A DNA stretch of 64,000 nt from Paraspadella gotoi (taxonomy: Eukaryota > Animalia > Chaetognatha), in the NCBI GenBank assembly GCA_051294375.1, contig CM119268.1, positions 5,429,101 through 5,493,100 of the forward strand, given 5' to 3'. Position numbers and translations under genes: made by a program. Under the pieces are notes generated by a model. The model did not search any database and was not told the DNA's origin. It worked only from the letters and a program-made list of their open reading frames with translations. The first letter of the stretch is position 1. Each line of letters opens with the position of its first letter. This document shows, piece after piece, positions 39,542 through 52,856 of this stretch.

Positions 39542-42500
39542 AATCGCGTACGATGTTTTTTTTCTAACAAGAAATCGATGTGAGTCAGCGCGCACGATAA
39601 TTAGAGAAGGGATAAAGGGAGAAGAAGAAGAAAGGAGGAGGGAAAAAAGGGAAAAAAAGAAGAGAAAAGGTTTAAAAGGAAAGTAAAGGAAAAGCTAGAA
39701 AAAGTAAAGGTGAACAGAAGGCAAAGAGAGGAAGCGAGAGATCAAGAAGGGTGAGTTCATGGAATCGAAACAAAAGTTCACTGCTCTTGGCTCAAGAAGC
39801 ATCAATAAGTAGATGTCAATTTTTGTCGCTTAGTAACAATTTTGGCACTATTTCCTGAAAGCGTCCCATCTCTGAACCCCAATCCTTGACATTAATCCTT
39901 ATCCCTGGCTTATTCCCTCACCCAAATATTTTACCCTAATTTAATCCTTAGCCTTAATCCTAATTCTAATTTTTAGGAAACATTGACTCAATTTTAAAGA
40001 CTGAAACATAAAAGATTTAATGATTCGACGTTTGTTTTTCAAACTCCCGCTTGTCAGATTTAATCTATACAAAATGTGAACAAGAGACGCTATCTGATTC
40101 TTCAGTGACATTTTTCACGAGATTCGTGATAAAGATTATCACGCTCCATGTCAAGATCGCCCACGTAATTTTTCACATCTCACGTTAAGCACAATGAAGT
40201 TTTGAAGTTTTTTTTGGTTTCTTGTCGTGATTCGCTGTGTTAATTGACAACCATTGTGCAGAAGTGGAAATAAACTGGGAAGGACGAATTAAATTTGAAA
40301 AACGTTTAAGTTCATCAACCGAAAGAAAGACGTCGAATTAAAAAAAATGACAGAGAAAAACTAAACTATAAAAAGCGGTTCATAAATAACACTTACAATA
40401 TATAAGAACGAACGAAATAACGCAAAGGACAAAATGCAATAATAGGAATTCGAAAAATTAGAAATAAGTAAAGTAACAACTACTGCAACAAAAAACAATA
40501 CCGTTATTACAACTAAAACGACAAAAATAACAACTACAACAACAACAAGAACAACAACAACAAGTACAACCACAACAACAACCTGGAGACTGCGAATCCG
40601 CGACGCAAAAAATCATGAGTCTTTTGTTTTGGTGACGAAATTTTTTTACTCATCGATTTGTTCGACGTGTCGTTGTTGTTGTCTTCTGTGATCCAACTCA
40701 CTTTTTTCTCGCGTCAGAATCACAGATGAAAAAAATACATTCTTTGATATTTGTGATCCGCCGTCGGTGGACATAATCGATAGTTCACAATTTGTTTTAA
40801 ACGCATTTTTTACTCAAAGTTTTTATTTTTTCGTATTTTTTCAACCATGTTTCAAATCTATTTAAAGTCTTTATAAAAAATTAAAAAAGAAAATTATTTA
40901 AAAAAGTTTCCCGCTCTTTTCACTCTCACGTGATTCGTCGTCGATGGAATCCGAGATTCGTCGGTGAATCGAATCACAACAAAGAGAAAAGACCAAGTGA
41001 AAAGTTGGAATTAACGTCGACGACGACGACGACGACGATGACGACGACGACGACGAACGACCGCCGGCCGTGAATAGGAGGAATCTAACTTCGAATCAAA
41101 TTTAAGACGGACGATGCCGGACAAGAGTACGGACACGAGTACGGACACGACCAGCGAGATGCACAAATACGGACCAAAGTGAGTTCCGAGGAGAGGATCA
41201 AAGTGAGGTAAGGACCAAACTTCACGACGGAAGTGAGTATTAAGATGATAAAACGTGATATTCAACACATCTGAGTTGGAAACAAATTCGTCGATGGAAT
41301 TAGAGTTATATCTGATGGAATCGAATTTGTTGCTGATGGAATTAAAGTAGTTTCTGATGGAATTTTCTCTCGTTACTGATAGAATTAAAGTCTTGGGAGA
41401 TGGAATTAAGTTCCGCTTTTTGATCCAGTTTCACTTTTCGGTTTCAACGAGACGAAGTGGTCATCGCGCCTTTCGTTGGGTCATCGATCATTCATTGGTC
41501 ATTGGTCGACTGGCCATTGGTCATTGGTCCACTGGTCATTGGGTCAATCCTCTCGTGAGGCCGAGAGAATATTGCGGGTGGTTGGATTCAACGTTGCTGC
41601 TTCAATGAAGTGCTTCATTGCTGACAGTGAGAGAGTCTTGATTGAAAGATTGCAGGGTCCTGCTCTTGGAACAGTGATGGAGCCCTTAAACCTCCAAAGC
41701 CTGTCCCAAGTAAGGATCAAGATAGTTCATTTATCAAATGAATAGATAATTTTATGTTGGTTTTATGTAAATCTGGAGATGACGTAAAAAAACAAACTTG
41801 GAGAATGACTTGCAGTAGTTGAGTTGATGAAAATATATTGGAGCTAATTAGTTGTGGCAAACGGGTTGTGGCAATCACGCCACTCCAAGTTATGAGGAAG
41901 AGGAAATGGCCATAGAAAAATTGGGAGCCACAGAAATCCTCTCTTGGATTTTGTGGGCAGAGAAGCCAAACAGATGACAGAAGAAGAGGAAGAGGAGAGA
42001 AAGAGAAAGACAGAGAGTGAGAGGAAGAGAGGGAGCGAATGAGTGGGAGGAAGAGGGGGAGGAAGAGAGAGAGATAGGGAGAGAGAGAGGGAGGGAAAGA
42101 GAAATAGAGAAAGGGAGAGAGAGGGAGCGAAAGAGGGAGAGACTGCTTTCAACTCTATAATTCCTTTCCTCTTTAGATCTTCACGTTCGAAAAGAGAATC
42201 GTGAAGAGTTGGACAGTGAATGTTGACATAAACGAAACCGCTTCAATGAAGGAGACAGTAAAGTTTGAATTGGCGTAGGTTGAATCTTTGAAGTAGTACA
42301 ATTAATAATGTTTTACTTAAATATTTAATTTTTTAACGGGCCGAAAGAAATATAAAAAGTCAAGAATGTCAAACGTTAAAGTTCACTGAATAAGGTTATC
42401 AAAAATGCTAGTAATAAAGAATTATCATCTTATCATTCGCATTTAATTCAATCCCCAACACGAAATTTTCGGATATTTTCACAGAACTTTCAGTGAGAAT

Positions 42501-42819
42501 TTTGCTGTTCACTTCGAATCGGTTAACAAATAATTCGAATCTGAGTTGCGTCACAATTTCTCTCACAGATAAATAAATCCTCATAGCGCGTTTTCTTTTC
42601 AAAATTATTTCGGCGTCAAAATCGAAGTCACGTCTTCCAACTTTTCACTTTGAATCGCAGACTCAAAGATTTCGTCGATGTGAGGTCGATCGTTCACGTT
42701 TCACCTTCGAAAAAATCGCGCGGTTTTTTTTTTCGTGAGAATCTTTGACTTTGGGTCGAGTGAAAAACATGAAGCAGAATTTGACGAATAGAAAGATTGG
42801 ATCACGTTTTCACTTTTGC

Positions 42820-42869
<50 letters not shown>

Positions 42870-43101
42870 CTCCTTGCTGCCTCACATGTCACAAGAAACG
42901 AGGGAGGGAGAGAGAAAGAGAATGGAGACCCTGACGTCATCGGTTTTAAGGGAAGAAAGGAAAATGGTTAATAACTCAATTTGAGAGTGAAAAATAATTC
43001 AGGGATAAAAGAAAAAAATGAAAGGTTATGATAAAAAAAAAGGAAATTAAGGAAAGAAAAAGCCAAAATGAACCGAGCGATGGTAATCTGAGCCCTTTAG
43101 C

Positions 43102-43165
<64 letters not shown>

Positions 43166-43455
43166 GCTCCTTGGTTCCAAATCGTGACACAGAATCAAGG
43201 AATCGAAACTAAGATAACAACGATTACAATGAGAGAGAAAATGAGAGAGAACGCATAGAGAGTGAGAGACAGACCCTAATTAACCGAAAAATCTATATTT
43301 ATAAAATCTATTTTTTTCTTTCAACCGGAAATTTTGGTTTAAACGTTTTTCCTCAAACAGAAAATTAATTTCCTCTCAATTACGACACGCGACTTTGAGA
43401 ATAAAGTCTGTGACGTCGGCGGTATCATATTCCAAACTTTTCCTCTAAGAAGACA

Positions 43456-43523
<68 letters not shown>

Positions 43524-43651
43524 CTCGGCCACTTTCATTTTTCGCCGGCAAAACAGAGGACCGCTCACTTCTCCCTTTCCCCGTCCCTCATTGGTCGGAT
43601 TCCCTTGACCTAAGCGGCCTCTCATTGGCCGGTCGCCCTTTCATCTCTGAC

Positions 43652-43737
43652 CTGGTAGCAGCTGATTGGCCGAATTGCTTCCGATGGATGACGTCATCGT
43701 CGAAGCCGCGTTCTCTGATAGGTTGTTTTGGTTTTGC
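43652..43737 (-). CDS. Uncharacterised protein, exon 5 (QNQNNLSENAASTMTSSIGSNSANQLLP)
   Basis: Acceptor taacag| and donor cag|gtcaga (both weaker); 86 nt, phase 2 to 1, which is the phase change needed between exons 4 and 6. Confidence 0.6.
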
Positions 43738-43941
43738 CTGTTATTGGGTTTTTATTTCGGTGGGGGGGGGGTAAGAAAGGGGGGGAGGTCGGGATTAGAA
43801 CGTGGGTGTTTGAAAAGAAAATGGGAGGAAAGGGAGGAAAGGAGAGAAGAGAAAGGAAAGAAGTGGAGGAAAGAGGAGAAGAGAGGGAAGACGTTCAAGA
43901 TAAGAGAGGCGCTTTAGAGAGCGATCCACATGGAGAGCAGA

Positions 43942-43979
<38 letters not shown>

Positions 43980-44178
43980 TAAAAGGATAAGAAAAACCGG
44001 CGACAAATGTCACTATCGACAAAAGCAACTGACAAAAGATCGACAAAAGCAACTGACAAAAGATCGACAAAAGTGTAGATATAAATTTCTTTGAAAAGTA
44101 AATTCGATTTTAGTGAAAAGAAAAAATTCTTACTTTAACCGATAGTTGTCGTCGTCGTCGTCTTCGCCGTCGCCGTCG

Positions 44179-44225
<47 letters not shown>

Positions 44226-44601
44226 GTCATTGGCTCGATTCATCGAATGTGAACTCACCCTAACTAGTAACTACAGATTCTTTTGTATTTAAGTTATAAC
44301 TATTTTATAAATTTTATTTTGACTTTAACATCCAGTGAACACACAGAATCACTCACCGCAAGTCATTCACCCAAATCAACTCACCCTCACTCATTTCACT
44401 ATACAAGCCAACTCACCTCTCTCTCTCAACACCAATTTATCACTCTCACCCACTCACATTTCACCCAGACACCCACTCACCGCTCACCCATCACCCAATC
44501 TCATTTCACACGGAATTTCGTGAGAGAAAAAGATTATTGGATTAGTGAGATCGTAAGTGACTTTGTCACCAGAAAAAACACACTCTCTCTCTCTTTTTTT
44601 T

Positions 44602-44700
<99 letters not shown>

Positions 44701-46694
44701 CTCTTTCTTTCTTTTTCTCTCTCTCTCCTTTTTTTATTTAGAACTAAAAGAAAAAAATATTTCCTTGTAATTATATAGTATTATTTTGGAATAAGTACGT
44801 ATACAAATAAGAGATATTACCTTGCGAAAGTTATACTAGTGCAAACAATAATCTTTTTCATATAAACATCAATTATAAAAAATTGTCTTTGATAACTTTT
44901 TTTTTGCTTCCGTCTTTTTTTCATATGAAACCGGTTAATAGTTTTTAAAGGCGCTTAATATTTTTTTTTAGCCTGAAGCTCGACCTAACCTGTCAGAGAT
45001 TTTAATAATTGGAACACGCAAAGTCTAATATTTTCTTTTCTCGGATCAAAAAGAAAAGAGGGAAAAAACAATAATAATGTCGGCCGCCGCAGCGAATAAA
45101 AAGGAAAGAGGGGGGGGGAATTTATAACCGTTTTAATCCATGTCGTGATTAGATACATATATTCAGTTTTATTTAAAAAAAAATGGCTATTTCGTTTATT
45201 GCTTGTTATCTTCTCATAAATAATTCTCGTTTCGATTTATTTCCTGCCTTTAATAATTATAATATAAAAAAAATGAGAACATTTAAATCTATGAACAGAT
45301 CCATAAAATGGCCTCAGACAGACAGACTGACCGATCAACAAGTGTTGTCGCTTACCAACACGAAACACGTTTCGTCGTCGTTCGAATATAAATGTATATT
45401 TGTTTTTGCTTGCGAGGTTATTCGTGCTTGGTGCTTGGTCATGGCTCATTAAATTTTAACTAATTTAAGGCCCAAATGCCATTAATCAGGTAAATTATCA
45501 AACGTTTAATTATTAAAAAAAGCCCCTTTTTTTTTTGCAGATTTGTCTTTGAACTAATCAACTTATTTTCCGCCCACGATGTATTCCTCCCACTTTCCAA
45601 ACTCATCAAACGGTTTCCCATCCATCCAACCAAAACCTCCTTGAAGGACAAGCAGCTGGAATGCGATCTTCAGATTTAGTTTCAAAATGACAGGAAACAA
45701 ATTAACAAGAAAACAAAATAGCAATTGCGGTCATCCCGGGTTCAGCGGAATTACTTACAATAGAACCACCAAACCGACATGATCAATGGTCATTTAACTC
45801 GATCGGTACTTGGAGTTCAAGATTCACATAAAAAACTAAAAACTTTTTCGAAATTAATGTTTAAAACATAATAATTCGTTATTATAGTAAGAGCGAAATT
45901 AAGACTATTTTAGATATAATAAAAAATAAAAGAAAAAAACGTCCAAGCAGCGTGGAACTGCAAAGCCAACCGGACGCGATCCCGAGACTTTTCGATCCAT
46001 AAGCGACGATTCCCGGCCTTGAGACGAAAAGGAAGTCGGCAGAGAGTCGACGGAAGTCATGATGAAAAATGAAGAGAAGAAAAGAACGAGAGAAGAAATT
46101 TGAAGAGAGATAAATATAGAGGGAAGGCTGACCCGAGACGGTCTGGGAAGAAAAGGAATACAGAAAATTGGATAAAATGGAAAAATAAATCGGTGGAAAA
46201 TGGATAAAATGGAAAGAAATGGGATGGAAAATGGAAAGGGAATTTGGTGGGGCAAATGGATAAAATGGAAGGAAATTGGGGGAAAATGGATAAAATGGAG
46301 GGATATTGGGATGGAAAATGGAAGGGAATTTTTTTTGGGGGGAATGGAAAATGGATAAAATGAAAATAAAAGTTAATGAGAAAAAAAGGGAAAATGAAAA
46401 AAAAATAAGAGTAAGGGACTTAATGGAAACGAAATTGAGGGAAAATGAAAAAAAAAATTATGGAAAAAGCGTCAGGGAACTGATAGATAAAAAAATAGGA
46501 AGAGCTAAAAGACAGCTAAAGGACATCGACCTCAAATTAGGAATCATCTCAAACGATTTGTTTTTTTTTCTGGGGGGGGGGTTTGAAGAAGAGGGGGGGG
46601 GAAAGGGAAGAATTTTTTAACGACCTCGAATCAGTCATAATTGAGAAGAAGTGGAAAAAAATGATTTATGTTTACGACAAACTATAAAAATAGA

Positions 46695-48383
46695 ATTATT
46701 TATTACGATGATGAAATATTAAAAAAAAAAGATTTTTTTTTAACTACTTAAAAAAAGATTTTGCCATGTGGATTCGGTTGTCACGAGGTAAAAGGAAGTA
46801 AATTTTTTTTAAAAATGAAAATTTAAATCTTTTCGGAGACGTGAAAATTAATTAAAGAGGTTCAGTGAAATGATAAGATTTGATTGATGGCATTTTCTAT
46901 AATGTATAATATAATTATAATTTATATTTATAATTAATTAATTAATTAATAATTATAATTATATTGGTTGTACCAATTTCATAACATATCTTTACTGAGT
47001 ATTCTTTATTCAGCGACTTAGTATAAAGAGGATGTCAATTTTGAAACTTCATCGATTAAATTTTCCACTTTGCTTCTGATAAATATGAGATAATGAACAA
47101 ATAGCATTTTTTCTTCTCTTTAAAATGATATTAAATTCCAGTTATTTTGAATTTTAAAATACGTCTGAGATCCATAAAATGTTTATCGAGAAAATTGAAA
47201 AAGTAGATAGACGTTAGTCATATTAATATTTGATGTATTAAAACCAAACCTGTACCAAGTTTTAAAGCATGAAAAATTGATTATTTCTGATTACCAATTC
47301 TTTAAAATTTTTAAAATTCTTTAAACTTTATATTAATTTAGAATTTTTTCAATTAAAAAAAAAGAAAATCAGTTGACGTTTGTTAAGAAAATCATTCCCT
47401 TATTAGTTTGAAAAGTTACAAAGTAACTAAGCATTAAAAAAATATGAAAATTATACTACTTTGTAGAGCAGACAAAATGCTACATTTTGTATACTATAAT
47501 TTTTAAATTTAACGAAGTATTATTTGATTGTGAAATCGTGAAACATAAGTTGATCGACAAATTTTAAGACTTAATAGGTGCCGAGAAGTTAATAACCAAG
47601 ACGTCAAGACACGTATTAAAATTATGCAAAAATTGATATCGTCGTAAATGCAAGACGGCGGTCTACAAAATGAGTCGCAATTTAGGTCTCCACTCTCCAG
47701 GGTGAAGGGATTCTGAGATATCTCCACTGAAAATGTTCCAAACGAGAAAAAAAAACTATATCAAATAATACAAATTTAATATATATCTATAAAGTATGAG
47801 TTTATCATAGGGACAGATAGACTCTCTAATAACGAGAGTTCATAAATTCGCCTAAAATTAAGGACGATATTGCTTTGCTTTTGCACATAAGTGTACCAAG
47901 CAAATAAAACAGAAAAATATACTTTGTATTTTGAATATGATTCGGTGACAAATTTTGGATCACAGCATGAACAAGTTTTGTGCTTATCAAGAGCATCATT
48001 TACAAATCGATATTGAATTTTTATTAAATTAATAAAATCCTACATAGTTCAATACTTTTTAAAGAAAAATAACATTGCAAAAGGCCACAATGTTAAAGAT
48101 TAACATATTATTTGAAATTACTGCAATATGCAAATGAGATTGAAGTAACTTTGGATACCATACTTTAATTTTCTTTCAAAATTCTGTCATATAAAGTGGA
48201 TGTTAGGAGAGTGATTTGATTGTATATTCTTTTTTAGATGCGAATAAATTAAAATAGTTTTATCGATTCTTAATTCTAAATTTTAACTCCTCTCAAAAAA
48301 AATAGTCATTAACGCAATACTGTGTGTTTCAGTTTTTCATCATGGAAGTTGACTCGTGACACATTAGTAAACAATTTTTATTC

Positions 48384-48442
<59 letters not shown>

Positions 48443-49333
48443 ATACGAGAAAACAATAATCATTTATTACAATGATGAAATTTTTTTTTTAAATATATTT
48501 CTTCTACTACTTAAAAAAAAGACTTGCCATGTGAGTGTCACGAGATGAAAGGAAATATTTTTTTTTTTGAAAACGAAAAAATTAAATATTTTTGGAGACG
48601 GGGAAATTAATTACAGACTCACAGAGGTTCAGTTAAATAATAAGATTTGATTGATGGTTTACAAAATTGGAAAAAGGAGTGACTAGCAATGTATCAATGT
48701 CTCAATTACACTTCCTGTTGGACAAATAGGATGGAAAAGGGATAAAAAGTTTATATTATATCAAACAATATACATAAAAAGAATTGATCAGAGGGACAGA
48801 TGAACTTGAAAAACTCTCTAAAATTGAGAGTTTAATAAATGGGCCTATACTTTAGGCGAGATAATCGTTTAGTATTGCTTCTTTACATGTAAGGAAAGCA
48901 GAGAAATATACTTTGAACTTTGAATATGATACAGTGACAAAATTTATATCACAGCATGAATATGTTTTATGTTTATCAAGAGCATCATTTCCAAATCAAT
49001 ATTAAATTTTACTAGTAGAATTAAATCCTACTTAGTGTAACTATTTTAAAAGAAAAATTACATTGTAAAAGGCAGCAATGTTAAAGATTGAACATTTTTT
49101 TAAAATTTACTGCAATATGCAAATTAGATTGGACTAACTTTGGATACAATACTTTCAATGCATAAATTTTGTATGCATTTTATCGATTCTTAATTTGATA
49201 AATCCTAACTCCCCCCCCCTCTCAAAAAGAATCGTCATTAACGCAATTTGTGTTTCGGTTTTTCATCACGGAAGTTGACACGTGACACATTTTGACGACG
49301 AGAAATGTGAGTAAACAATTTCGATTCGGTGCA

Positions 49334-49418
<85 letters not shown>

Positions 49419-49420
49419 CG
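46695..49420 (+). repeat. Diverged tandem duplication (46695-46890 ~ 48460-48657; 47810-48440 ~ 48790-49420)
   Basis: Collinear shared blocks (ttgccatgtg, taagatttgattgatgg, tcacagcatgaa, tatcaagagcatcattt, ctgcaatatgcaaat, ggaagttgac.cgtgacacatt) with many substitutions; each copy ends in a (GA)n tract; no gap between them. Confidence 0.85.
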
Positions 49421-49966
49421 ATTGATCATTATACAATTAAGGATCTAGGGTAAGAGGTGTCGGGAGAATTTAGACGATTTTAAGTGTGAGAGAGAAAACG
49501 AAATAAATTGAGATAATTGAAAAACTTTGAAAAGGAGAAAGGATTAACAGTTGAAAAAATTATATAAAATAGAGCGTAACTGAACAAGATATAGTTTCAA
49601 GCTTCATTAATTCATTTCTTCAGTCATTCATTTATATTCATAATAATTCTTTCATTCATTCGTCACTATTTTTTTTATCTCCTTCGGCTTCGCTAATTCA
49701 TTTAAAAAAAAACTCAAATGAATTTTTTTGGAAAATATATTTTTTTAAACGAAATTTTTATTTTTTTTTAGTTTTAAAATTTAACGACGCAACAATTGAA
49801 AATTTTTTTCTTCAAGTTTCAGAATCCGAGGTCATACGTACGAGTGGAGTGAAAGACGACGACAACGACGACGACAACGACGAGGACGACGAAGACTCTC
49901 GTCGTTTATTGTCACGAATTGTCGAGTGAAACAGACAAACGACATTTCAATTTTTTTGTGTGATCT

Positions 49967-50004
<38 letters not shown>

Positions 50005-50851
50005 CTCGTCGTCCTCGTCGTCGTTGCCGTCGTCGTCGTCGGAATCCCCCGGAGGTCAACGAAAAAATTTTTTTTTTTTGTTCAAAATCGAAGAAATACA
50101 GGAAATAATAATTAGTATTAATTAATCCCGAGTCTAGACGAAATTAAATTCGAAAGCTCGATTTCTTAACCGCTGAGAATTTTGAGTTGTTCATTTTTAA
50201 AAAAATATATTTTATATTTTTTTAAAGACGACGCTAAATTTACCTTAAAAAACCACGCGCGTCCTTTTTTCAAAAGTTTTTTATAGATTTTTTTCCTTCT
50301 ATTGAACTTTGAAAAATAAAAAGATGAATGAAAAAGTTTTTTTTCCCCTATATTCTATTCTGTGGACTGAGATTTCAGTTTCTGCATATTATCTTTTCTT
50401 GTTCACATATTTTTTGGGGGTTTAGATTATTTTTTTTTAGATTGTATTGTTCATTTTATATGTGATTTTATAAATGTTTAAATTAGACATTGTATTTTTT
50501 CCTTTCTGTTTCGTTGTGATTTGATTTAGAACAGAGTTTGAAGAGAGATTTAACATCACTATGAAATAAAAATCGTTGTTAAATCTCTCTTCAAACTCAA
50601 ACTGTTTAAATTAAAAAGGCAATCGCTCACTCGCGACAAATATTCACAAATCGAGTTCACAATTCACAATTCACCACAAAACCTGAAAGTGACTTTATTA
50701 ACTGATTCACTGACGAGAAAGACTTTTCCCCAAATCAGCGAATTCCTCCTCCTTATCTCTTCGCGGAAATTACCCCATTATCCCCCACAATTATTTACCC
50801 CTCGAAACCCTTTCCCAACTCTCCCCCTTCCGAACTCTCCCTCTCACTCAC

Positions 50852-51151
50852 CTAAACCGCGAGTGATGGTAAGGGCTTCCATCCTCCAGCGGCGTCGGAT
50901 GCAGCGGATCCAGCGCCTGCGCCGCCGCGGACGACGGCGTCGGCGAACCCGAGTACGGATGCTGCTGCTGTTGTTGCTGTTGTTGCTGCGTCGGTTGTTG
51001 CTGCTGATGATGATGATGCCCCGCCGCTGTGAGAGGCGGGTAAGGATTGTACAGCACCATCGGGATGTGGTCGGAAGATGCTCCGTGATGGAGAACAGGG
51101 TTCATCGGGATGGCCGCTTCCTCCGTGGAAAGGTCCGTCGACTGTGGGTGG
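50852..51151 (-). CDS. Uncharacterised protein, exon 4 (His/Gln/Pro-rich)
   Basis: Acceptor ctacag| and donor |gtgagt; 300 nt, phase 2 to 2. Includes ORF 50848..51105 (MNPVLHHG...HHHHQQQQ...PYHHSRF). Confidence 0.85.
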   Translation of the reverse strand, partial: PPTVDGPFHGGSGHPDEPCSPSRSIFRPHPDGAVQSLPASHSGGASSSSAATTDAATTATTAAASVLGFADAVVRGGAGAGSAASDAAGGWKPLPSLAV

Positions 51152-51773
51152 CTGTAGTGTGGGTGAAAGGTGTGGGCGTGGGTAGAGGGCGTGGGTAAGG
51201 GTAGAGTAATTTTTTTTTGGGTTGTATCGAGAGTGTTCGCTAAATCCGGTCATGATGGTAAATAGATTTTTACGTTCCGAAAACCGCACGTTATTAAATA
51301 CGTAAAAAAGGCAAATCGGATCCTTAAATGATGTTGACCATCGGTAAATTTGGTCCCCATTTTGAGTCAGTTCGAGTCCCTTTATTAGATCGAATTTTCT
51401 CGTCAAAATAGAAAACCTCGTTAATTCCGATCTCGTTATATATTAAATTAATTATTTTAACGCGAAATTTTAAATCCGTTTATGTCGTTATAAATTCGGT
51501 TCCATCGTTTATATATTATATATTATATATTATATATATATTATATATTATATATATATTATATATTATATATTATATATTATGAGAAAACAAATAAGGT
51601 ATTGAGAAGCAGCGATGAAAATAGTTGTTTCGATAGATCGAATCACGTAAAATCGGGTTCCTTCGATTCACAGTTAAACGAGTCCAGTTGTAAACTTTAA
51701 CAAATAAAAAAAAACAAAAAAAAAACGTATCTATTCGTCGCCCCGTTAGATAGAAAGATAGAAAGATAGAAAG

Positions 51774-51857
<84 letters not shown>

Positions 51858-51993
51858 AACTGTAAATACATAAATAGAACGATAGATGAAACGATGAATA
51901 GATAAATAGATAAATAGATAGCTAGATAATCAGATAAATATATATAGATAAATAGATCGGTAGATAAATAGACGGCCGGATGAATATACTCAC

Positions 51994-52158
51994 TTAATCG
52001 GCGCTCCTGCGGCGGCAGCGGCGGCGGCGACGGCAGCGGCCGCGGCGGCGCCGTGTCCGCCCGCCACGTTCATCAAGTTGTTACGGATCTTGGGGTAGAG
52101 GCCGTTGCGGCCACGAACGGCCGCGGCGGCATTGGAGGGGAGGGTGCAGTACATGTAG
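51994..52158 (-). CDS. Uncharacterised protein, exon 3 (YMYCTLPSN...poly-Ala...GAPI)
   Basis: Long pyrimidine tract, cctag| acceptor, donor |gtgagt; 165 nt, phase 2 to 2; GC-rich and coding-like. Confidence 0.85.
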
Positions 52159-52366
52159 CTAGGGGATGTGGGAGCGAAGGAAGGAAGGGAGGGAGGGAGG
52201 AAGAGAGGGAGATGAAGAGGAAGAAAAGAAAAGAAGTAAAGTCAGAGATTAGATGGAAGGAAGTAGAGCAAAAGAGGAGGAATTAACAGTCAGGTTTTGG
52301 ATTAAAAGAATGAGTAAGACAGAAGATCAATAAAGTATGGCGTCTCTCTCTCTCTGTCTCTCTTCT

Positions 52367-52410
<44 letters not shown>

Positions 52411-52674
52411 GTTTAATATAAGTTTTTTATTTCGTTATTGTTACCCTCATTTTTTTAAAATATTTTTTTTCTCCGACTCCTTTTCTCTTTCTTTCCTCTC
52501 TTCCCTTCTCTCCCTTTTCCTTTCCTTTCTTTCCTTTCCTCCCTTTTCTTTCCTCCTTCCTCCGATTTATCCCCCGCTTCTCGTTTTCCTTATCCCAAAA
52601 TTCAAAAGTGCAGCTCCGGGTCAACTCAATAAAAGCAGTTAGTCCGCCGAAACAAGCTCTATGGGAGCCTTATG

Positions 52675-52777
<103 letters not shown>

Positions 52778-52779
52778 AC

Positions 52780-52856
52780 CCTTCGTGATTGATGATATGT
52801 GCGGCGTTGGGATCCAAACCCGCTGCGCCATCTACGGTTCCGTCGCCGGAATCCAA
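52780..52856 (-). CDS. Uncharacterised protein, exon 2 (LDSGDGTVDGAAGLDPNAAHIINHE-G)
   Basis: Acceptor tgtttttcag| and donor |gtgagg; 77 nt, phase 0 to 2, bridging exons 1 and 3 exactly. Confidence 0.8.

Noticed and set aside
41113-41183. Plus-strand MPDKSTDTSTDTTSEMHKYGP followed by gtgagt
   Set aside because: Built on a 12-bp local repeat, antisense within an intron, with no partner exon found.
43585-43720. Three ATTGG (CCAAT) boxes plus TGACGTCA resembling a promoter
   Set aside because: Much of it coincides with predicted coding exon 5, and there is no other evidence of a transcription start.
45563-45656. Minus-strand peptide LLVLQGGFGWMDGKPFDEFGKWEEYIVGGK, faintly like a C-type lectin WxDG motif
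   Set aside because: Short, ends in a stop, no partner exons, and its phase does not fit the surrounding gene.
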